From Clostridium sp. CAG:710 (GTDB lineage Bacteria; Bacillota_I; Bacilli_A; RF39; UBA660), in contig HF996851.1 in the NCBI GenBank assembly GCA_000432595.1, positions 24,252 to 88,251 on the forward strand: a stretch of DNA of 64,000 nt, written 5' to 3'. Shown here one piece after another: positions 1 through 10,748 of the stretch (positions are counted from its first letter, which is position 1; each line of letters starts with the position of its first letter). A program made the position numbers and the translations under genes. Under the pieces are notes generated by a model. It was not told the origin of the DNA, ran no database searches, and worked only from the letters and a program-made list of their open reading frames with translations.

Positions 1-555
1 TTAAAAATAATTTTTATCGCATTAGCTATATGTGCAATTTTTACTACATTCGCATTAATTAGTGATTCCTCTTATGATGAATCCCATACGACTAAAGATA
101 TAAAGGAAAAGCCTTTTACTTTTAATAATATATCTATATCACTGCCAGAAACATATAAACTAGGTGAGTCAACAGAGAGCTATGAAGTACTTAATAATTA
201 TGGTAAAACAGGACCTACTCAAATTATGCTACAACAAGTAGGTATTGCTGTTAAAGATGATGAGAAGGTAAGTTATAAAGATAATTATGTGAAGTATATT
301 GGTGAAAGTGAAGATATAAAAGATACTAAAGAAGTAAAAGTTGATGGCCTAGAGGCATATAGAATTTTTAGTATTCATAAGAAGTATACAGATGAGTATT
401 ACTATACATATTTAATATTTGGAAGCAGTAATACATATATAATTACTTTCTATGATAATATTACTGACCCTAGCAATTCAAAATACTTAGAAAACTTTGA
501 AAGAGAAGCTAATATATTCTCTAACAAAATAGTGATTAATGAAGGACAATTATAG
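1..555 (+). CDS. hypothetical membrane-anchored protein (5' end upstream of window)
   Basis: The frame of the listed 226..555 ORF stays open back to nt 1 and begins with a hydrophobic stretch (IFIALAICAIFTTFALI). No family recognised. Confidence 0.5.
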   Translation, partial: LKIIFIALAICAIFTTFALISDSSYDESHTTKDIKEKPFTFNNISISLPETYKLGESTESYEVLNNYGKTGPTQIMLQQVGIAVKDDEKVSYKDNYVKYIGESEDIKDTKEVKVDGLEAYRIFSIHKKYTDEYYYTYLIFGSSNTYIITFYDNITDPSNSKYLENFEREANIFSNKIVINEGQL

Positions 556-612
556 TCCTTTTTTCTTGTTTATATTTAGAATTTATTCTAAAATAGATAT
601 TGGTGAAGTAAC

Positions 613-1251
613 ATGTATTTAGAAATAGATAATGAGAAATATAAAATTAATGTAATAAAAAAAGCAAGGAACAAAAATACTTATATAAGAGTAAATGATG
701 ATTTAGAAATTGTAGTTACTACTAATATATTTACTACTTCAAAAGAAATAGAAAGAATAATTAATGAGAATATAACATCAGTTACTAAAATGATCAATAA
801 AACAAAAGCAAAGAAAAATTATGCCTCATCATTTTATTATCTAGGACATAAATATGATATTGTGTATGTAAATTCCGATACTATTTCCTTTGGTAATGAT
901 AAGGTTTTTATTGGAAAGAGTGTTAATGTTGACAAATATTTAAAAAATGAAGCTACTAAATTATTTAAAAGTAGATTAGATAAAGTCTATTCAGAGTTTT
1001 CTAGAACTATTCCGTATCCAACATTAACTATTAGAAATATGAAGAGTAGATGGGGAGTATGTAATACTAAAACTCATAGAGTAACCCTTAATTTAGAACT
1101 TATTAGAAAAGATATAGTTTGTTTAGACTATGTAATTGTACATGAATTATCACATCTTATTCACGCTAATCACTCTAAAGAGTTTTGGACTCTAGTAGAA
1201 GAAAATTGTCCTGATTATAAAAAGATTAGAAAAATGATGAAAGAATATTAA
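613..1251 (+). CDS. YgjP-like (DUF45 / M48-type) metal-dependent hydrolase
   Basis: C-terminal HExxH block VIVHELSHLIHANHSKEFW, with typical length and layout for this family. Confidence 0.75.
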   Translation: MYLEIDNEKYKINVIKKARNKNTYIRVNDDLEIVVTTNIFTTSKEIERIINENITSVTKMINKTKAKKNYASSFYYLGHKYDIVYVNSDTISFGNDKVFIGKSVNVDKYLKNEATKLFKSRLDKVYSEFSRTIPYPTLTIRNMKSRWGVCNTKTHRVTLNLELIRKDIVCLDYVIVHELSHLIHANHSKEFWTLVEENCPDYKKIRKMMKEY

Positions 1252-1282
1252 AAATATATTATAATAATTTTAGGTGATAAAT

Positions 1283-2026
1283 ATGCTTATAACTAGTTTA
1301 GATAATGATAGAATTAAAAGTTATATAAAATTAAAAGATAGAAAATATAGAAAGAAAACAAAAACTTTCATAGTAGAAGGAATGCACCTTGTGCTAGAAG
1401 CATATAAAAGTGGGAATTTAATAGAGTTAATTCTTGAAAAAGATGAGGTTTTACCAATTGATGTACCAACTATATATGTGACCAATGAAATAATTAATAA
1501 GATTTCTTCACTTGATAATCCATCAAAAGTAATGGGACTATGTAAAATGAATGATAATAAAGAAGTAACAGGAAATAAAATTCTTCTATTAGACGGAGTA
1601 CAAGATCCTGGTAATTTAGGTACAATTATTAGAAGTAGTTTAGCTTTTAACGTTGATACAATAGTTACTAGCCTAGATACAGTTGATTTATATAATCCAA
1701 AAGTACTTCGTTCTACTCAAGGAATGATATTTCACTTAAATATAGTAAACATGGATTTAAAAGAAGCAATTGCTAAGTTAAAAAAAGAAGAATATCCAAT
1801 ATATGGAACTAAGGTTGAATATGGAAGTGATGTAAGTACTCTTCCAAAAAAAGATAGAAGAAAATACGCTCTTGTTATGGGAAATGAAGGAAATGGAATA
1901 AGTAGTGAAGTATCAGCTTTGTGTGATAGGTTTTTATATATTGATATGAATGATAAAGTAGAAAGCTTAAATGTTGCGGTTGCGACTAGTATTCTATTAT
2001 ACGAATTAAATAAAAATGTTGACTAG
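1283..2026 (+). CDS. TrmH/SpoU-family RNA 2'-O-methyltransferase
   Basis: SpoU motifs LLLDGVQDPGNLGTIIRS, LVMGNEGNGIS and LNVAVATSILLYE. ATG 1283 is preferred over GTG 1274 because AGGTGA lies 5 nt upstream. Confidence 0.85.
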   Translation: MLITSLDNDRIKSYIKLKDRKYRKKTKTFIVEGMHLVLEAYKSGNLIELILEKDEVLPIDVPTIYVTNEIINKISSLDNPSKVMGLCKMNDNKEVTGNKILLLDGVQDPGNLGTIIRSSLAFNVDTIVTSLDTVDLYNPKVLRSTQGMIFHLNIVNMDLKEAIAKLKKEEYPIYGTKVEYGSDVSTLPKKDRRKYALVMGNEGNGISSEVSALCDRFLYIDMNDKVESLNVAVATSILLYELNKNVD

Positions 2027-2906
2027 ACTTAATGTATTTAGTCCAATTCCAAAAGTTAAGTTTAAACTTAACAAAAATAACACAGGGGAGTATTATAATT
2101 CAACTAGAAAAGCAGCTTTAGAAAATATAAAAGCTAAAAATAATAAAGAAATACTATTAGAAGGTTTAAATATATATGATAAATATCTAAGCGATTATAC
2201 AAACACTTTATATCATAATCTTGAGACTTTAGAATTCAAAATCACAGATAGTATTAAATGTGATGGTTATTATAAATTAGATTGTAAAAATAACTTATGT
2301 ATTTTAAAGGATACAAGACTTTTACCTGCATATCATGAATTAATACATATTGCATCTTCTTACTATAATGAAGATAAAAATGAACTATACAGTGGTTTTT
2401 TATATTCATCTAATTTTGGCATAAATCTTGGAGAAGGAATAACAGAAGGATATGTTGAACTGTTATGCAGTAGGCACCTTAATAATAACTTTTTAACATA
2501 TAATTATGATATAAATGATGATTCTTGTACTACATCTTATTTGTATGCAAATATACTTGCACATCAATTAGAAATATTAATAGGAGAAGAAGAAATGAAA
2601 TATATGTTCTTTAATTATGGGTTCTTTCCTATAAATGAGTTTATTTCTAAACACACAGATCAAAAAACAGCATATAAATTTTTTAAATATTGTGATATTG
2701 CTGCGATATCTGATTTTCATAGAGATTTAATTCTAAATACATATATATTTAAAGCACAAAATATTTTATATGATATATGTAAAAATTACATGCCAGAAAA
2801 GCAAATGAATCTAGAAAAATATCTTGTATATAATTTAAATATACCAACTTGTGTAGCACTACAAGAAGAAATACAAAAACGTCATATAAAGAGTTTGGAG
2901 GTATAA
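2016..2906 (+). CDS. hypothetical protein with HExxH motif (putative metallopeptidase-like)
   Basis: 296-aa ORF overlapping both neighbours. The only recognisable motif is AYHELIHIASS. Confidence 0.45.
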   Translation: MLTRLNVFSPIPKVKFKLNKNNTGEYYNSTRKAALENIKAKNNKEILLEGLNIYDKYLSDYTNTLYHNLETLEFKITDSIKCDGYYKLDCKNNLCILKDTRLLPAYHELIHIASSYYNEDKNELYSGFLYSSNFGINLGEGITEGYVELLCSRHLNNNFLTYNYDINDDSCTTSYLYANILAHQLEILIGEEEMKYMFFNYGFFPINEFISKHTDQKTAYKFFKYCDIAAISDFHRDLILNTYIFKAQNILYDICKNYMPEKQMNLEKYLVYNLNIPTCVALQEEIQKRHIKSLEV

Positions 2907-2908
2907 AT

Positions 2909-3391
2909 ATGGAATATGTATATATTGGTAAAATAGTTAGTACTCATGGTATAAAGGGTGAGATTAAGCTAATTAGTGATTTTGAATATAAAGATAAAGT
3001 ATTTAAAAAAGGTATAAACATATATATAGGGCAAAACCATTGCCATGAGGTTATAAATACATATAGACATCATAAACAATATGATATGATAACTCTTTCT
3101 GGTTATAACAATATAAATGAAGTCCTAAAATATATGAAAAAAAATGTATATATAGATAAATCAGAAATAAATTTTGGCAGTGATATACTTATTTGTGATA
3201 TAATAGGAATGGAAGCATATGTTATGGATAAATTTATAGGGTATGTTACTTCAATATATAATACAGGAGTTAACTATAAAGTGGTTGAAATCATGAATGA
3301 TGGTAAGAAAACTCTTATTCCATATCATAAAGACTTTATTAAAAATATTGATGAATCAAATAAAAAAATAACATTTGCAAGGGAGGTATAG
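2909..3391 (+). CDS. rimM: 16S rRNA processing protein RimM
   Basis: MEYVYIGKIVSTHGIKGEIKL N-terminal signature. GGAGG precedes ATG 2909, so the listed start 2849 is an upstream extension. Sits next to trmD. Confidence 0.85.
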   Translation: MEYVYIGKIVSTHGIKGEIKLISDFEYKDKVFKKGINIYIGQNHCHEVINTYRHHKQYDMITLSGYNNINEVLKYMKKNVYIDKSEINFGSDILICDIIGMEAYVMDKFIGYVTSIYNTGVNYKVVEIMNDGKKTLIPYHKDFIKNIDESNKKITFAREV

Positions 3392-3392
3392 T

Positions 3393-4068
3393 ATGATTAG
3401 AATTGATATATTAACACTATTTCCTTCTATGTTTGATGGATTTTTAAATGAATCGATTATAAATCGTGCGATAAAAAGAAACCTAGTTCAAATTAATGTT
3501 ATTAATTTTAGAGATTATACACTAGATCCACATGGAAAAGTAGATGATACACCATATGGTGGAGGAGCAGGTATGGTTCTTACTCCACAACCTATATTTG
3601 ATGCAGTTGAAGACTTAAAAACAGAAAATACAAAAGTAATTTTACTAACACCAGATGGAAAAACATATAATCAAGAAATGGCTTATTCGTATTCTAAAGA
3701 AGAACACATAATACTAATATGTGGTCACTATGAAGGATTTGATGAGAGAATAAGAACACTTGCGGATAGTGAAATTAGTATTGGTGACTATGTTTTAACC
3801 GGTGGAGAAATACCAAGTATGGTTATAACAGATTCAATAACTAGACTTATTGATGGGGTAATAGAAAAAGAGTCACATGAATATGATTCATTTAATAATA
3901 ATTTACTCGATTATCCAACATATACTAAACCAAGAGATTTTAGAGGAATGAAAGTTCCTGATGTATTAACTTCTGGTAACCATAAAGAAATAGAAAAATA
4001 TAGATTAGAGCAACAAATCAAAAGGACAAAAGAAAGAAGACCAGATTTACTAAAAGAGGTGATTAAAG

Positions 4069-4079
<11 letters not shown>
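3393..4079 (+). CDS. trmD: tRNA (guanine37-N1)-methyltransferase TrmD
   Basis: MIRIDILTLFPSMF, DDTPYGGGAGMV, GHYEGFDER and GDYVLTGGE. Start taken at the internal ATG after GGGAGG. Confidence 0.95.
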
Positions 4080-5771
<1,692 letters not shown>

Positions 5772-5781
5772 TTTATAACCT

Positions 5782-5808
5782 GGGCAAGTAGTAAAATACT
5801 TGCCCTTT
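5782..5808 (+). terminator. eno terminator hairpin
   Basis: GGGCAAGTA (5782-5790) pairs with TACTTGCCC (5797-5805), followed by TTT. Confidence 0.7.
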
Positions 5809-5864
5809 ACACTTTTAACGTAAAGCATGTCCTAACAATGAATTCTAACTTGAAAAAGCGTTGG
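5806..5864 (+). repeat. direct repeat copy C (promoter-like module upstream of the S66 gene)
   Basis: 59 nt matching 6893-6951 at 56/59 positions. Continues into TTGAAA(5850-5855)-18 nt-TATAAA(5874-5879) and an AAAGGAG RBS. Confidence 0.9.
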
Positions 5865-5905
5865 AAGGAGGTCTATAAAAAAGATAGCATAAAGGAGTTA
5901 AAAAA

Positions 5906-6880
5906 ATGATTTATCCTAAAAAAATAAATAAAAATGATACAATAGAAATAATTTCACCGTCAAATGGCGTGAAAAGTAAAAAAATAAAAGAACTTGAAAA
6001 AGCAATAGAAAAATTAAATAGTTATGGATATAAAGTAGTCGAAGATAGATATGTAAGAAATGCTGAAAATGGTGTTAGTTCATCTGCATTTAATCGCTCA
6101 ATAGAGCTAAACAACGCAATTCAAAATAAAGGAATAAAAGCATTAATTGCATGTTCAGGTGGAGATTATTTAGTTCAAATTATGGATTTAATAAGTTTTG
6201 ATCAACTGAAAAAAAATATAAAGTGGATACAAGGTCAATCCGATATTACGCCTTTGTTATTTTATATAACAACTAAATTGGATATTGCAACAATTTATAG
6301 TTTTAATGCCAAATCTTTTGGTAATAATAATTTACCAGAATTAATGATAGAAAATAACATGGAATTTTTAAATGGAAAAATGCCAAAACAAATTGAATAT
6401 GGATATAAAATAGATAATGATAAAATAGAACAACCATGGGAATGTATAACAGAGGATAGAAAATTTAAGGGAAGAATTATAGGAGGATGTCTAGATTCGT
6501 TAAAAGATATAATAGGGACAAAATATGATTGTGTAAAAAGCTTTATAAAGAAATATAAAGATGATGGAATAATTTGGTATTTTGATGTGGCAGAAATGAC
6601 AAATGAAGATATATTAAGAACAATGTGGCAATTTAAAAGTGCTGGATGGTTTATAGCCTGTAAAGGTATTTTATTTGGAAGAATAGAAAATGAAATCAAT
6701 TATACAGGTATAACACTAAAAGATGCAATTAACTATAATCTTTTTGATTTAAACATCCCAATTTTTATAAATACAGATATAGGACACACAAATCCAGTAT
6801 ATACAATAATTAATGGTTCAATTGTAAAAGTAATTAAAGATAAAGATAATAAGCATATTATGGAGACAATTTTTGAATGA
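5906..6880 (+). CDS. S66-family LD-carboxypeptidase (LdcA/MccF-like)
   Basis: IEIISPSNGV N-terminus, GGDYLVQIMD, IQGQSDITPLL (nucleophile Ser context) and DIGHTNP near the C-terminus. Confidence 0.8.
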   Translation: MIYPKKINKNDTIEIISPSNGVKSKKIKELEKAIEKLNSYGYKVVEDRYVRNAENGVSSSAFNRSIELNNAIQNKGIKALIACSGGDYLVQIMDLISFDQLKKNIKWIQGQSDITPLLFYITTKLDIATIYSFNAKSFGNNNLPELMIENNMEFLNGKMPKQIEYGYKIDNDKIEQPWECITEDRKFKGRIIGGCLDSLKDIIGTKYDCVKSFIKKYKDDGIIWYFDVAEMTNEDILRTMWQFKSAGWFIACKGILFGRIENEINYTGITLKDAINYNLFDLNIPIFINTDIGHTNPVYTIINGSIVKVIKDKDNKHIMETIFE

Positions 6881-6892
6881 AAATATTAATTT

Positions 6893-6951
6893 TTTACACT
6901 TTTAGTGTAAAGCATGCCCTAACAATGAATTCTAACTTGAAAAAGCGTTGG
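6893..6951 (+). repeat. direct repeat copy D (promoter-like module with G7 tract)
   Basis: 56/59 identical to 5806-5864. Followed by a G7 run (6950-6956) and TAAAAT (6964-6969). Confidence 0.9.
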
Positions 6952-6984
6952 GGGGGAGGAGTGTAAAATAAATATATAAAATAA

Positions 6985-7428
6985 GAAAGAAAAGAATTAA
7001 TTGAAAAAGGACTTCTAACTAAAAAAGATTATACAAATACTGATTATGAAGGAAAAGATGAATATACTTATTTAAGCCCATGTGTAGAATATCTATCTTG
7101 TGATGAAATGAAGTTTTATTCAAAAGAAGAAATTACTAATGTTTATAAAAAATATTTTGGTAAAGATAAGAAACTTGATTTAACCAACTATCCATACTAT
7201 TTAGAAAAAAATGACGTCGCATTTAATTATACATGCTATGGAGCACCGGATTCTATAGATCAGATTACTAAAATAGACAGTAGTATGCCTACAAAAAATA
7301 CAGTTATACTTACATACTTAACAAAAATTACTGAAGATGATAAGACTACCGAGGAAAAATTTTCATTAACATTTAAGAAAGAAGGTTCTAATTGGGTATA
7401 CTCTGATCATAAGAAAATACAAAATTAA
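6985..7428 (+). pseudogene. 5'-truncated remnant ORF (listed as 7108..7428)
   Basis: The frame is open from 6985 (ERKELIEKGLLTKKDY...) with no ATG/GTG/TTG or RBS until the internal ATG at 7108. Its upstream end abuts repeat copy D. Confidence 0.35.
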
Positions 7429-7501
7429 TGTTTATTTAATAATATAGAAGGCTTATATTGTTAAGTCTTCTTTTTTTTGATAAAATAATATTGGTGTTGA
7501 T

Positions 7502-7972
7502 ATGAAAGAAAAATTGAAAATTATTTTAATTACAAGTATTTGCGTTTTTTTTGATCAAATTATAAAGTATTTAATTGTATCAAATTTTACTTTATATAAA
7601 AAGAATCCAATTATAGAGGGATTCTTTAATATAACTTATGTACAAAATAGGGGGGCAGCATGGGGAATATTAAATAATAATATTATTTTACTTGTTGTAA
7701 TAACTGTGCTTGCACTTGGATTTATATGTAGTTTTATATTTAAAGAGTCCAACATTAAAAAACTTGATATAGTACTTTATGGAATGTTACTTGGTGGGAT
7801 AATTGGTAACTTTATTGATAGAATATTTAGAGGATATGTAATTGACTTTTTAGATTTTATTATATTTGGTTATGATTTTCCTGTCTTTAATATCGCAGAT
7901 ATGCTTATAGTTATAAGTGTTGGTATAATGATTATAACTTATTGGAGGAGTAGAAATGAAAATACAGAGTAA
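7502..7972 (+). CDS. lspA: lipoprotein signal peptidase II
   Basis: VQNRGAAWGIL and FPVFNIADMLIVISVG motifs, four hydrophobic segments. Confidence 0.9.
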   Translation: MKEKLKIILITSICVFFDQIIKYLIVSNFTLYKKNPIIEGFFNITYVQNRGAAWGILNNNIILLVVITVLALGFICSFIFKESNIKKLDIVLYGMLLGGIIGNFIDRIFRGYVIDFLDFIIFGYDFPVFNIADMLIVISVGIMIITYWRSRNENTE

Positions 7973-8840
7973 AGAAGAAAATATTAGATTAGATCAGTAT
8001 TTAGCACGTGAATTAGATATTTCACGTAGTAAAATTCAAAAGGATATAAAAGAAGGATTAGTTAAAGTAAATGGTAAAAATGTAAACAGCAGTTTTTTAT
8101 TAAGTATTGATGATGAGATTGAAATTACTAAGAGGAATTCAAAACCATCTACAGTAGAACCATTAGATATTCCGCTAGATATAGTATATGAAGATGAATA
8201 CCTACTTGTTATTAATAAACAAAGTGGACTTGTTGTTCACCCGGCACCAGGACATTACACAGATACTTTAGTTAATGCATTAACTAATAAGTTTAAATTA
8301 TCCAATATAGATAATGAAAGACCTGGTATAGTACACAGAATTGATAAAGATACTAGTGGTTTAATGCTAGTTGCGAAAGACGATAAAACGCACGAATTGT
8401 TATCAGAAATGATTAAAAATAAAGAGGTTGAAAGAGTATATTGGGCTATAGTTGATGGAGTTATAAAACATGACACCGGTACAATAGATGCACCTATTGG
8501 AAGAGACCCTAATAATAGGCAAAAAATGTGCGTTACAGATAAATGCAGTAAAGAAGCTATAACAAATTTTAAAGTATTAAAAAGATTTGAAAAAAATACT
8601 TTAGTTGAGTGTAAACTAGATACTGGCAGAACTCATCAAATAAGAGTTCACTTTAATTACATTGGATATCCAGTACATGGTGATCCTGTATATGGAAGAA
8701 AAAGCAGCGTAGATTCATTTGGGCAATATCTTCATTCCAAAACCATTAGATTTGTTCATCCTATCACAAAAGAAGAATTGTTCTTTGATTCACCACTTCC
8801 ACCAGAGTTTGTCAAAAAACTTGAAAGTCTAGAACAGTAG
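7956..8840 (+). CDS. rluD: RluA-family 23S rRNA pseudouridine synthase (RluD-like)
   Basis: S4-like N-terminus (RLDQYLA), catalytic HRIDKDTSGLMLVAK and GRTHQIRVH. lspA-rluD synteny. Confidence 0.88.
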   Translation: MKIQSKEENIRLDQYLARELDISRSKIQKDIKEGLVKVNGKNVNSSFLLSIDDEIEITKRNSKPSTVEPLDIPLDIVYEDEYLLVINKQSGLVVHPAPGHYTDTLVNALTNKFKLSNIDNERPGIVHRIDKDTSGLMLVAKDDKTHELLSEMIKNKEVERVYWAIVDGVIKHDTGTIDAPIGRDPNNRQKMCVTDKCSKEAITNFKVLKRFEKNTLVECKLDTGRTHQIRVHFNYIGYPVHGDPVYGRKSSVDSFGQYLHSKTIRFVHPITKEELFFDSPLPPEFVKKLESLEQ

Positions 8841-8849
8841 TGTTATAAT
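8821..8849 (+). promoter_or_regulatory. candidate sigma-A promoter for the triple-HTH operon
   Basis: TTGAAA (8821-8826), 17-nt spacer, TG at 8841-8842 and TATAAT (8844-8849), i.e. an extended -10 TGtTATAAT. Confidence 0.5.
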
Positions 8850-8875
8850 AATTCCCAATTAGAGGGGGAATAGTA

Positions 8876-9445
8876 ATGCTAAATAATGTAGTTAAGGTAT
8901 TAATGGCCGCAAATGATTTAACGCCAACGGATATTATTTCGTCAAGTGGTATACCAAAGTCTTCCTTTTATAAAGATGGTGGTCTAAATATTGAAGAGAT
9001 TTCTTCTATATTTAATATATCAGATATTAATGTGGCTATATTAAATAGACTTGATGATAATGCCTATTCATATAAACAATTACTTTTTGAAGCTTTAAGA
9101 TGTTATTTATATAATTCTTCTATTTCTAACAGTAAGGGTGAATGCCATAGAGGAAAAGCTATAAAGTCAATTAGAAAAGCTGAAGGATTAAACATATCAG
9201 AGGCCTCAAAGATAACTGGAATTGCAACTTCAATTATTTGTCAAACTGAAAAAGGTCACATAGAGTTTTCTCTAAACAATATAAGAAAATATTCTAAAAC
9301 ATTTGATATTTTATCCAGTGAAATAGTAAGACTATTGGAACTAGAAGAGGATGGATACTCTTATCCTGAATTACTTTTTGAAGTATTAGGATACTATTTT
9401 GAAAAGCATCCAGAAGAAAAACAAAAACAAAAAGTAATGAAATAG
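8876..9445 (+). CDS. double XRE-like HTH module protein, paralogue 1
   Basis: Two ~90-aa modules, each an HTH-like segment followed by ...(D/E)(D/E)xGYSYxxLLFExLxxY. GAGGGGG RBS. Confidence 0.7.
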   Translation: MLNNVVKVLMAANDLTPTDIISSSGIPKSSFYKDGGLNIEEISSIFNISDINVAILNRLDDNAYSYKQLLFEALRCYLYNSSISNSKGECHRGKAIKSIRKAEGLNISEASKITGIATSIICQTEKGHIEFSLNNIRKYSKTFDILSSEIVRLLELEEDGYSYPELLFEVLGYYFEKHPEEKQKQKVMK

Positions 9446-10084
9446 GTGAGTACAATGTTAAATAAATCTTTAAAATTAATAAGAACAGTAAAAGGATTTG
9501 ACGCCAAAGCAGTATCACTTGAAATAGGTAGAGTTCCTACACATGTAAGCAAGATAGAAAGAGAAAACCTTCATATTTTACCTAATACTTTAGAATCTCT
9601 CTCATCAGTTTACCAAATGCCAATTTCTGAAATGGAGAGAATAAGTTCTCTTGATGATAAAGGATACAATACTCCAAGTATCATTAATGAAATATCAAAA
9701 TATTATATTCTTAAAGAAAGAAAAGAAATATTTGAAGCAAATCATCTAAAGTACGTTTTTGAAATACCTGAGTCCCCATTAAAACTGTTAAGAAAAATAA
9801 ATAATTATACAATAAAAGAAGTAAGTAGTATTACTAATGTTTCATTCTCTACTATAAGTAAGGCAGAACTTTTAATTGTAAGAATAACTGATAATACGAT
9901 ATCAGAACTTTCCCATGCATACAATATGCCAGAAGATATGATAAAAGAATTAATTAATAAACAAAGTAAAGGAACTAATAGACAAGAAATATTCTACATG
10001 ATTTCTAGATATTACATGAATGACGCTAAAGAATCTATTAAAGAATTAGAAAAATCATTAGGGAGTATAAAATATGCTAAATAG
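9446..10084 (+). CDS. double XRE-like HTH module protein, paralogue 2
   Basis: Modules LKLIRTVKGFDAKAVSLEIGRVPTHVSKIE...GYNTPSIINEISKYY and LKLLRKINNYTIKEVSSITNVSFSTISKAE...EIFYMISRYY. Start abuts the stop of paralogue 1. Confidence 0.7.
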   Translation: MSTMLNKSLKLIRTVKGFDAKAVSLEIGRVPTHVSKIERENLHILPNTLESLSSVYQMPISEMERISSLDDKGYNTPSIINEISKYYILKERKEIFEANHLKYVFEIPESPLKLLRKINNYTIKEVSSITNVSFSTISKAELLIVRITDNTISELSHAYNMPEDMIKELINKQSKGTNRQEIFYMISRYYMNDAKESIKELEKSLGSIKYAK

Positions 10085-10670
10085 TACAATTAAATTAATA
10101 AGATTAACTATTGGATATACAACAAATGCAGTTGCACAGGAAGCTGGATATACACTTGGCTATATTTTAAAGCTTGAAAATTCAAAAGAAAATATAAGCA
10201 AAAAACTCATGAATTCATTCCAAACAGTATATGATATGCCATTATCTAAAATTAAAGAAATAAGTAGGCTTGAAGATTATGGCTATACAAGAGCTGGAAT
10301 AATATCTGAGATATCAGACTACTACATCGCATCTGGCACTAATAAAAGTCCCAAAAAATATGTAAGTGAAGACCCAGAAGTACTAATCAAACTAATAAGA
10401 ATTGTAACTGGACAAACATTGGATGATGTTGCAGGTATAGCGGGTATTACTGAACAAAAGCTTTCTGCACTTGAAAGTTATGACTTAGAAATAACTAAAA
10501 AAGATCATTACAACTTAGCTAAAGCATTTGATATGACAAACTGCGAAATGGATAAATTAATGGATATGTATGATAAAGAACTTAGTAGAGTAGAATTACT
10601 TTCTGCAATATCTGAATACTATATAGAAAAAGAAATGAAGGTTAAAACAAAAGTTAAAGGCTTAAATTAA
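10074..10670 (+). CDS. double XRE-like HTH module protein, paralogue 3
   Basis: Modules IKLIRLTIGYTTNAVAQEAGYTLGYILKLE...GYTRAGIISEISDYY and LIKLIRIVTGQTLDDVAGIAGITEQKLSALE...ELLSAISEYY. Overlaps paralogue 2 by 11 nt. Confidence 0.7.
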   Translation: MLNSTIKLIRLTIGYTTNAVAQEAGYTLGYILKLENSKENISKKLMNSFQTVYDMPLSKIKEISRLEDYGYTRAGIISEISDYYIASGTNKSPKKYVSEDPEVLIKLIRIVTGQTLDDVAGIAGITEQKLSALESYDLEITKKDHYNLAKAFDMTNCEMDKLMDMYDKELSRVELLSAISEYYIEKEMKVKTKVKGLN

Positions 10671-10748
10671 GGCCTTTTTTTAGTTGCTTAAAATATACTT
10701 TATTTATTCTTTAAAATATTATATAATACAAGTACGGAAGGTGAAATT

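Noticed and set aside
5868-5885. The A-rich tail ggaggtctataaaaaag in module copy C looked superficially like a preQ1-I riboswitch tail.
   Set aside because: The required upstream hairpin and conserved loop nucleotides are absent, and the downstream genes are unrelated to queuosine. The -10 box reading fits all four copies better.
8851-8871. Hairpin ATTCCC..GGGAAT that could sequester the RBS of the first HTH paralogue.
   Set aside because: The predicted transcription start from the adjacent -10 box would fall inside the left arm, so the hairpin may not form in the mRNA. The stem is only 6 bp.
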